Positions 20,861 through 27,297 of a DNA stretch of 64,000 nt are shown in pieces. Each line of letters starts with the position of its first letter. Within the stretch, counting starts at the first letter, position 1. Position numbers and translations under genes: made by a program. The notes under the pieces are model-generated. The model saw only the letters and a list, made by a program, of their open reading frames with translations. It did not search any database and was not told the DNA's origin. The DNA comes from a virus (lineage: Duplodnaviria; Caudoviricetes), in the IMG/VR virus record IMGVR_UViG_3300024269_004845. The stretch is one strand, 5' to 3'.

Positions 20861-20871
20861 TAAGTTAGTAA

Positions 20872-21096
20872 TTACTTTCTTAATATGTTATTTGCTTTGG
20901 TCTTAGCGGATTTATTACTAATATCCATAATAACCATTGTTACTTTGGGGTTAACTACAATCATGTAGTCATCGTTAGAATAATATCTGTGTTTGCCTAC
21001 AATGTTGTATAGAGTACAGTGTAGTTCATTTACAATCTTTTCTTCCCACTTATTTCTATTAAATAGTGGGGTCTTGAAATAAAGTACAGAATTCAT
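20872..21096 (-). CDS. hypothetical protein
   Basis: AAGGAG SD, in operon. Confidence 0.6.
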   Translation of the reverse strand: MNSVLYFKTPLFNRNKWEEKIVNELHCTLYNIVGKHRYYSNDDYMIVVNPKVTMVIMDISNKSAKTKANNILRK

Positions 21097-21132
21097 TGGT
21101 TTCTCCTTTGTTGTACGGGGAACTGTGGTGCA

Positions 21133-22866
21133 TTAAAATGCACCACAGTGTAGTCTGTCACGAATAGTCTTGAGGTCTTCATCTACAAGAAGCTTGCCAT
21201 CCTTAAATACAGGGCGAAGTAGATTATCTGCATACTCGGGGTTAGTCATTTCTTTAAATGTATGATGGTCAGTATAACGAATATCATCGCCATCTCGGAA
21301 GAGATAACAGAGGCCTTTCTGAGACTTCTTGAAATTATTACCCTTAATCTTGTCAGTAATAGGGTCCTTATAAATCTGACGTTCCTCTCCATTGATAATA
21401 CTATTAGTAGCTTTTAAAGCGAATCCTAGAGAGTCCCTCGTATTGTACTGGTAGGTAAAGCTACCCACGCCAAGCGTACAGTTATTAACTGCGAATCCCT
21501 TTTCTGCGAGACGAGTATAAATAGCAATTGCTCTTTCAGGCGTAATGCTATCACCATAAATAGCGCCAATATGAGGGTCGAGTACCTTATAACCCTTGCT
21601 GTTAATAGTACCACCGAAGATTTCCCAAAGAAGTTCAACAGTACCCTTCATAGCAGGAGTAATTTCGGCCTTTTCGAAATCTACATACTCAACAGTTTCA
21701 GTATAGTATCCATCACCATCTTCGTCAGTGGTCCAAGCATGGTCACAAGTTACCTTGTAAAGATAATCGCCAATTCTTACTCGATACCAAGTTTCAGAAG
21801 CGCCATTATAAGAATATTCATCTTCGGCTTTCTTCTTAAAGTAATCCTTGATACCGTCTTCAGTCAGACCATCTACTACCATGTAGTCGGAACCCTTGAG
21901 CTCACCACAGATAATATCAATGGGGTCACCGCTATCACCACGAATGATAATCTTACCATTACGGGCCATAATGGACTTCTTTAGACGAGGTAGATAATTA
22001 GTAATTACATTCCAGTAATCATAGGTGTCAGATACCATACTCAGAGGGCCAGTCTTAAATACATCCTCGATTAGATGACGATAGCATTCAAATTCACCTT
22101 CACGACCGTAAGAACTCATAACAGAGTGTTCGGTAGAAGGAACTCCACGGCCTACGGTTTCCTTGGTACAATCGCAGTTGTAGAAGTCTTCAAGCCACAT
22201 AATAGAAGCAATAGTAGCAGTACCAGTGAAAGAAAGAAGATGTCCTGCGCTGGACTTATATGCGGTATCCTTAGAAGTCATACCACGCATAGAGAAGTCA
22301 CCGCAAGCGCTGGAAGGTACGCCATTCTCAACTGTAAGTTCAAAGAACTTTTCAACGATTTCACGGTACTTATAAGCGATTGTAGCAGCAGTCATAGGAT
22401 GCCAAATATTTACACTGATATAGGTTTCAAGATAATTAACGAGCCAACCAAAACCCTTGACAGTATTAGAAATTTCAAACATTGGGGTCTTGATATTTAC
22501 ACGAGTACCCTCGGCAACAGCCTTAATCTGGATAGGTAGATAACCAAGGTCGTAAAGCTTCTTCATTTCAGTGGTATCAGCAGCCTGCTCAGTCATGGTA
22601 TGAGCAATGACACGCTTATATTCTGCTTCAATCTCTTCCCAAGGACGACCGAAGAAATGCTTTTCAAAAGCATCAATTAGATATTCCTTAATAAGACCCT
22701 GAAGACCAAACATAACAACCTTATTTACGCCCTCAATACGAGTCATACGAGGAGTCCAATAAGAAACAAGAAATTCCAGACCAGGCACATATGCCAGGTG
22801 ATGAATTGTCTTATAAAAGTCAGTTTCGAGCAATGGATTAATAGTGTGAGTTCTTGCGTTATTCAT
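21133..22866 (-). CDS. NAMPT/NadV-family phosphoribosyl- or ADP-ribosyl-transferase
   Basis: TDFYK, DFSMRG, PSTEHSVM, SMVSDTYD, RGDSGDP, IYGDSIT, GVGS, TRD, KDP; about 80 aa acidic insert after DPIDIICG. Confidence 0.9.
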   Translation of the reverse strand: MNNARTHTINPLLETDFYKTIHHLAYVPGLEFLVSYWTPRMTRIEGVNKVVMFGLQGLIKEYLIDAFEKHFFGRPWEEIEAEYKRVIAHTMTEQAADTTEMKKLYDLGYLPIQIKAVAEGTRVNIKTPMFEISNTVKGFGWLVNYLETYISVNIWHPMTAATIAYKYREIVEKFFELTVENGVPSSACGDFSMRGMTSKDTAYKSSAGHLLSFTGTATIASIMWLEDFYNCDCTKETVGRGVPSTEHSVMSSYGREGEFECYRHLIEDVFKTGPLSMVSDTYDYWNVITNYLPRLKKSIMARNGKIIIRGDSGDPIDIICGELKGSDYMVVDGLTEDGIKDYFKKKAEDEYSYNGASETWYRVRIGDYLYKVTCDHAWTTDEDGDGYYTETVEYVDFEKAEITPAMKGTVELLWEIFGGTINSKGYKVLDPHIGAIYGDSITPERAIAIYTRLAEKGFAVNNCTLGVGSFTYQYNTRDSLGFALKATNSIINGEERQIYKDPITDKIKGNNFKKSQKGLCYLFRDGDDIRYTDHHTFKEMTNPEYADNLLRPVFKDGKLLVDEDLKTIRDRLHCGAF

Positions 22867-22909
22867 AAAAATTTCCCCCTTAGTGAAATTTATTTTTTAT
22901 TATTATATT

Positions 22910-22934
22910 ACTTAAATACATTTTGTATCTAAGT
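22910..22934. promoter_or_regulatory. candidate operator upstream of NAMPT-like gene
   Basis: ACTTAAATACATTTTGTATCTAAGT near-palindrome just downstream of a TTGACT...TATAGT promoter. Confidence 0.6.
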
Positions 22935-22991
22935 CTATATATACTATAACATATTTTTTTAAAAAAGTCAAGTAAAATGTCTTACTAAAAC

Positions 22992-23022
22992 AAAAAATGC
23001 TACTGAAAATTTCAGTAGCATT
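22992..23022 (-). terminator. intrinsic terminator closing the tRNA array
   Basis: AATGCTACTGAAA/TTTCAGTAGCATT-type stem followed by T-tract on minus strand. Confidence 0.75.
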
Positions 23023-23029
23023 AAAATTA

Positions 23030-23123
23030 TGGCGGAGACGGGGAGGCTCGAACTCCCGCACCGTTTTTTAGACGGCCTACCTCATTAGCAGTGAGGCCTC
23101 GTCACCATCTTGAGTACGTCTCC
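23030..23123 (-). tRNA. tRNA-Ser(GCT)
   Basis: cloverleaf, CCTCA-ctGCTaa-TGAGG, long V-arm, G73-CCA. Confidence 0.95.
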
Positions 23124-23133
23124 ATACACACTA

Positions 23134-23355
23134 TTATTCCAGCGTGAAGTATTGGATTTTCTCATATGAGAAACCAATATCTTCATGCGGAACATAGAAA
23201 ATTTCCTTTATAAGAGGGAGAAATTGATTATCTGGACGTTGCATTTCTTCAACGACCATGATAGCTGTGTCTTCATCAGGAACTATTAATATGGGAAGGC
23301 GATTAAAATCATCATATTCACCATATGAACCTTGAATCAGAAACATAACAATCAA
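23134..23355 (-). CDS. hypothetical protein
   Basis: acidic 73 aa ORF, GSYGEYDD motif. Confidence 0.55.
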   Translation of the reverse strand: MIVMFLIQGSYGEYDDFNRLPILIVPDEDTAIMVVEEMQRPDNQFLPLIKEIFYVPHEDIGFSYEKIQYFTLE

Positions 23356-23498
23356 ACCCTCGCAGAAAAATTTAAGGAGTGACTATTTCGAACATCCCAT
23401 CACTCACGGGGGCTCATTTGATTTCTCGTGAACGTTGCTCTTAAGTCCATGGGCTCAGATGCGTTGTCCCGATATGGCGCAGTGACGTAACTGCGCAA

Positions 23499-23810
23499 TT
23501 AACGAAGATTATGCATGAGCATAAAATTAGTGATAAAGTGACGCAAGAACTTACGAAGTTCTTCTTCATCAAGTGAAGTAGTCTCCTTTAAGGAACGCAA
23601 AACTTCATTACCTAAAGAGGTGACCTTGTGGTAGTTGTTATCTTCAAGAACGTTTCCGAAAATTTCAACCATATCATCAGAACTGTAATCTTCTGGTTCG
23701 ACTACTTTGTTGTAGTCTCCTATATCCTCTTCTGCGTAATCAGATATAGGTCCATAGAAATATGCTCTGTTTCCACTCGGGTTTTCCATAACGGTCCAAT
23801 TTCTAAACAT
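23499..23810 (-). CDS. hypothetical protein
   Basis: GGAG SD, acidic 103 aa. Confidence 0.65.
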   Translation of the reverse strand: MFRNWTVMENPSGNRAYFYGPISDYAEEDIGDYNKVVEPEDYSSDDMVEIFGNVLEDNNYHKVTSLGNEVLRSLKETTSLDEEELRKFLRHFITNFMLMHNLR

Positions 23811-23834
23811 ATATAATCTCCATTCTCAAAGAAA

Positions 23835-24168
23835 ATATGGCATTCGACCTGCAATCCGCAATCCTTCTTAACTAGGGAGTAGCGAGTTTTATCCCTTGTA
23901 CTTCGGGCACCTACTTTACCCCTCATGCTTTAGTCTCCATTTAAGGCCTCTGGCTGTTGCCACCAAGATTAACTTTGAATATATTAGGTAGATACTGCAC
24001 CCTCTTATGGGCATCGTCACTACTATTCGGTTTCGATAAATTATAAAACTTATCAAAACCTATAAGGATTATCCTTAATCGCAGTATTTAATAGAAACTA
24101 AATCATAATCATACGACTTAGTTTCAAGAGAGATATGGCGAACTATACCTCTCTATGACTCACTTACC
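23835..24168 (-). ncRNA. candidate multi-helix structured RNA (about 330 nt)
   Basis: hairpins 24127-24154, 24094-24125 and 24029-24060 whose mismatches are all G-U on the minus strand; boundaries approximate. Confidence 0.5.
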
Positions 24169-24310
24169 TGGAGCTGGTGGTCGGACTCGAACCGACAACC
24201 TACTGATTATGGTGGTTATCACAAGATTTGAACTCATATCTCCGACTAGCGGTGTCTTTCTTAGACGAGACAACCCAAGTCAGTTGCGCTGCCAATTGCG
24301 CCACACCAGC
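24169..24310 (-). tRNA. tRNA-Thr(TGT) interrupted between positions 35 and 36 by a 66-nt insert
   Basis: 35-nt 5' half (24276-24310) plus 41-nt 3' half (24169-24209) give a canonical 76-nt cloverleaf. Confidence 0.9.
24210..24275 (-). ncRNA. nested mini-tRNA (acceptor, D, shrunken anticodon, T arms, ACCA)
   Basis: GGTTGTC TC GTCT AAGAA AGAC A CCG CTAGT CGG AGAT ATGAG TTCAAAT CTTGT GATAACC A CCA. Confidence 0.85.
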
Positions 24311-24492
24311 ATATAGCCTATTTTGATTAAAGACCCAAATTAATCATATTCACTCGATTAATAAGAGTTTATTATATAACTAATAAGATGCTTTCGATTA
24401 ACCACTACTAACATCTAGCCTCTAATCCTGTATAGGGACAGGCACTTGGCTTTTTTTGTTGAGAACGCTATAGTGCGAAGTGAAACATTTAA

Positions 24493-24569
24493 TGGTAGGC
24501 CTGAAGGGACTTGAACCCCTGACCAAGCGCTTATGAGGCGCCAGCTCTAACCAACTGAGCTACAGGCCT
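24493..24569 (-). tRNA. tRNA(CAT), probably Ile2 rather than Met
   Basis: ctCATaa loop, Ile-like body AGGCCTGTAGCTCAGTTGGTTAGAGC, C4-G69, A73. Confidence 0.85.
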
Positions 24570-24814
24570 ATATAAAATGAGGGAATAGCATCATCACCCT
24601 CGATGGCACGTTGTGCGAGCTGCCTTCGGAAAGTCGCCGTCTCGTAATCCACATTCACGGACTTACTTCAGCAATGTAGATACGGTTTAACCATGCCCAA
24701 ACCATACAACGCTTCTGCCTCAACTGCATCGCTCAAAATGGGCTCCTACCGCAAAGTAACTAGCCGTTTTGTATATCAAACCTAGTTAGAAAAATTACTC
24801 TTGCGCAAGAGATA

Positions 24815-24901
24815 TGGTGCCGCAGGCGGGAATCGAACCCGCACACTGTTTCCAGTAAGGGTTTTTGAGACCCTCGCGTCTGCCTGTTCCGCCACTGCGG
24901 C
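24815..24901 (-). tRNA. tRNA-Leu(CAA)
   Basis: AGGGT-ctCAAaa-ACCCT, long V-arm, ACCA. Confidence 0.95.
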
Positions 24902-24921
24902 ATATCACTTTCAACATATTT

Positions 24922-24950
24922 ATTATAACATATTATTCCCTCAAAGTCAA
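24922..24950 (-). promoter_or_regulatory. sigma70/SigA promoter inside tRNA array
   Basis: TTGACT-N17-TATAAT with TG extension. Confidence 0.8.
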
Positions 24951-24978
24951 GTATTTTCGGGCTTTTTTGAAAGTTTTT

Positions 24979-25055
24979 TGGGGTCGAGGGCAGGACTCGA
25001 ACCTGCAAGGACTGGGGTTAATCCCCAGTATGTCTTCCAATTCCACCACCTCGAC
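24979..25055 (-). tRNA. aberrant tRNA-like gene (nominal anticodon TTA, A33, C73)
   Basis: perfect acceptor and T arms; anticodon arm CTGGGG-ATTAA-CCCCAG; Leu-like D-loop but short V-loop. Confidence 0.75.
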
Positions 25056-25062
25056 AAATAAA

Positions 25063-25239
25063 AGATACTAAACCTGCACTCCCGATTCTCCAAGCAGGAC
25101 AACCCTCTATTCCAAACCATATTATTTGGAACCCTTATAGGCGTCAACAAACGGGTCATAGCTATTTTGTCATCTACATGTTATTCCCATAATTACTTAC
25201 AGGCACTCGATATCGTACTTTTACTACCATTTAGTATCT
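25063..25239 (-). ncRNA. candidate structured spacer RNA (177 nt)
   Basis: closed by 10-bp AGATACTAAA/TTTAGTATCT, fills the spacer between two tRNAs. Confidence 0.45.
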
Positions 25240-25240
25240 A

Positions 25241-25332
25241 TGGCGGAGGCGGTGAGGTTCGAACTCACGCGGCGCTATTAACGCCCTACTCCCTTTCCAG
25301 GGGAGCCCCTTTGACCACTTGGGTACACCTCC
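25241..25332 (-). tRNA. tRNA-Ser(GGA)
   Basis: CTCCC-ctGGAaa-GGGAG, long V-arm, GCCA. Confidence 0.95.
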
Positions 25333-25343
25333 ATAAAATTAAG

Positions 25344-25572
25344 AAACCACCGACAACAGTCGCTTACGATTTTCACGCTGTCTCCAAGTCATGAGCTTGG
25401 CGCTTTATATTCGCATAGTATCAACAAGCAAGTGAATCATGACTTTCACCCGTTATCTTGTGACTTGTGCCTTCTAAGCTATTTGCCCCTATCACGATTA
25501 TCCTTTATGCGCTGGACCAGCTGGCGGGCATTCTATTAAGCATTCCTATTATTTCAAGGCTATCAGTGGTTT
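25344..25572 (-). ncRNA. candidate structured spacer RNA (229 nt)
   Basis: 14-bp closing helix AAACCACTGATAGC/GTTGTCGGTGGTTT with 3 G-U pairs, begins right after a tRNA CCA. Confidence 0.55.
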
Positions 25573-25691
25573 TGGTGGGAGAGGTTGGATTCGAACCAAC
25601 GAACGGTGAGCAACCGACCTTTTTTACGTGATAAGGTGCTAATCTTATCATGGTGCACCAAGGCTCCTTTAACCTCTTGGATACTCTCTCC
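25573..25691 (-). tRNA. tRNA-Tyr(GTA)-like gene with about 29-nt insert in the anticodon loop
   Basis: Tyr-type D-arm, V-arm, T-arm and ACCA; 31 nt instead of 2 between anticodon stem and GTAAA. Confidence 0.7.
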
Positions 25692-25713
25692 ATATATGCC
25701 GCAAATGCGGCTA

Positions 25714-25956
25714 TTAATATCCTTCTCTAATACAATTTCTAATCATTTCTTTAGTCCAAGGAGTTGTATCCTGGCAAGCAAAATGATTAATTGCCATTAG
25801 TGGAAGTTTATTTTTATTTAGTTCTTTCTTAATAAAAGAAATCATATCATCAGCTTCTTCATCATTGACAAAGAAGTCGAAACCTAAAGTAACAGGACCA
25901 CCACATCGAATATCGACGGGGTCGTTTCTTTCACAATCAACTATGATTTTTCTCAT
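25714..25956 (-). CDS. hypothetical protein
   Basis: GGAGG SD, 80 aa. Confidence 0.65.
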   Translation of the reverse strand: MRKIIVDCERNDPVDIRCGGPVTLGFDFFVNDEEADDMISFIKKELNKNKLPLMAINHFACQDTTPWTKEMIRNCIREGY

Positions 25957-25984
25957 ATATTAGATTCCTCCTGTGATTGTTTCT

Positions 25985-26070
25985 TGGTGGGCCAGGCTGG
26001 ACTTGAACCAGCAATGCCGTGAGGCGCCTGATTTACAGTCAGGTGGGGTTACCAATTTTCCTACTGACCC
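25985..26070 (-). tRNA. tRNA-Tyr(GTA), G1-C72
   Basis: CCTGA-ctGTAaa-TCAGG, V-arm, ACCA. Confidence 0.93.
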
Positions 26071-26073
26071 ATA

Positions 26074-26156
26074 TGGTAGGCCAGGTGGGTGCCGACCCCA
26101 CTACCCCGAAGGAACGGTTTTACAGACCGCCGCGTTTGCCGATTCGCTACTGACCT
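26074..26156 (-). tRNA. tRNA-Tyr(GTA), A1-U72, atypical T-loop GTCGGCA
   Basis: GCGGT-ctGTAaa-ACCGT, V-arm, ACCA. Confidence 0.88.
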
Positions 26157-26162
26157 ATATAA

Positions 26163-26251
26163 TGGTCCCTGGGGTCAGATTTGAACTGACAGTGTTTCTT
26201 ATGTCACGGTTTTACAGACCGCTGGCTTCAACCAATTCGCCACACCCAGGG
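26163..26251 (-). tRNA. tRNA-Tyr(GTA), C1-G72
   Basis: CCCTGGG/CCCAGGG acceptor, ctGTAaa loop, long V region, ACCA. Confidence 0.88.
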
Positions 26252-26287
26252 ATATATAATTACATTTAAGATAAAATTGATTTTAAT

Positions 26288-26332
26288 GGCAACATTAACT
26301 TAAAGAATTATATATCCCTAAGTTAAGTTGCC
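26288..26332 (-). promoter_or_regulatory. switch hairpin between Tyr leader ORF and tRNA-Tyr
   Basis: GGCAAC-TTAACTTA...TAAGTTAA-t-GTTGCC enclosing AGGGATATATAATT, the complement of 26248-26261. Confidence 0.7.
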
Positions 26333-26358
26333 TAAATATACTGATAATATCGATACAT
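26332..26358 (-). CDS. Tyr-rich leader peptide MYRYYQYI
   Basis: AAAAGGAG-9nt-ATG TAT CGA TAT TAT CAG TAT ATT TAG directly upstream of three tRNA-Tyr. Confidence 0.75.
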   Translation of the reverse strand: MYRYYQYI

Positions 26359-26407
26359 TTAGTACAACTCCTTTTAATTTATTTTTATTGGTCCCTACTT
26401 AAAGGGA

Positions 26408-26502
26408 TGGCGGTAGCGGAGGGATTCGAACCCCCATGTCGGTTCAAAGCCGACACACAAGATTTCAAGTCTAGGCCGTTATAACCATTTCGGTACGCTA
26501 CC
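26408..26502 (-). tRNA. tRNA-Ser(TGA)
   Basis: ctTGAaa loop, long V-arm, GCCA; one mismatch in anticodon stem. Confidence 0.92.
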
Positions 26503-26518
26503 ATATATAATTTGTAAA

Positions 26519-26615
26519 TGGCGGGGAAGGTAGGATTTGAACCCACGTGCCCAAGGTAAAAACGGACAACCTCTTTTCGAGAGAGGCGCAATCAGCCAGA
26601 CTCTGCCACTTCCCC
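26519..26615 (-). tRNA. tRNA-Ser(CGA)
   Basis: CCTCT-ctCGAaa-AGAGG, long V-arm, GCCA. Confidence 0.93.
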
Positions 26616-26760
26616 ATGTGCGATTCTTAAGCAATTTACAAATTGCAGTCTATTAGAGGCCCTGCAACACTCTAACACTTACAATAAGATTTCACTTAAA
26701 CATTGTTATTCTTCGTAAGGACTCCGCCACTCTTACATCAGATGGGAGCGACCCATCAAC

Positions 26761-26837
26761 TGGTAGGCCCTCTGGGGCTCGAACCCAGGACCGAGCGCTT
26801 ATGAGGCGCTAGCTCTAACCGACTGAGCTAAGGGCCT
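26761..26837 (-). tRNA. tRNA(CAT), probably Ile2
   Basis: AGCGC-ctCATaa-GCGCT, paralog of 24493-24569. Confidence 0.85.
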
Positions 26838-26840
26838 ATA

Positions 26841-27002
26841 TAATACAATAAGCTGTTTATCTCATTCCATTTACCACAGCTACTTTTTCATATATCCAAG
26901 ACCTTCTACATCCTTGGCAATTCTCTCTACTGACCTTTCGGGCCTTGTTCGATACACTTTTGACAAGGGAGGGATATATGCTTCGTGGCACTTATCGTAT
27001 TA
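26841..27002 (-). ncRNA. candidate structured spacer RNA (162 nt)
   Basis: 12-bp closing helix TAATACGATAAG/CTTATTGTATTA with one G-U. Confidence 0.5.
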
Positions 27003-27206
27003 AAAATATTTCAACTATTGGTATTCTATTCCTAAACTATCACGCCGCCTAAGCACACGATGTCGGATTTTCACCGATGTCTCCAATCAATTGAAAAAAT
27101 AACAGGCTGTTCATCAAACTCCACTTAGCCGTTTCGTAACTTCCATCCACCCTCTCGTGGGACACAAAGACTGCGGCACCTATTATTGAAAGAGTATTGC
27201 TACTCA

Positions 27207-27293
27207 TGGTGCGGATGGGGGGACTTGAACCCCCACGGGATTGCTCCCACAAGCACCTCAAGCTTGCGTGTCTGCCTATTCCACCACACCCGC
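27207..27293 (-). tRNA. tRNA-Leu(GAG)
   Basis: CAAGC-ttGAGgt-GCTTG, V-arm, ACCA. Confidence 0.95.
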
Positions 27294-27297
27294 ATAT

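Noticed and set aside
24568-24594. Mini-ORF MMLFPHFI* ending in ATA TAG at the start of tRNA-Ile2
   Set aside because: Only one cognate codon, weak SD spacing, and ATAT-type leaders precede most tRNAs here; likely chance
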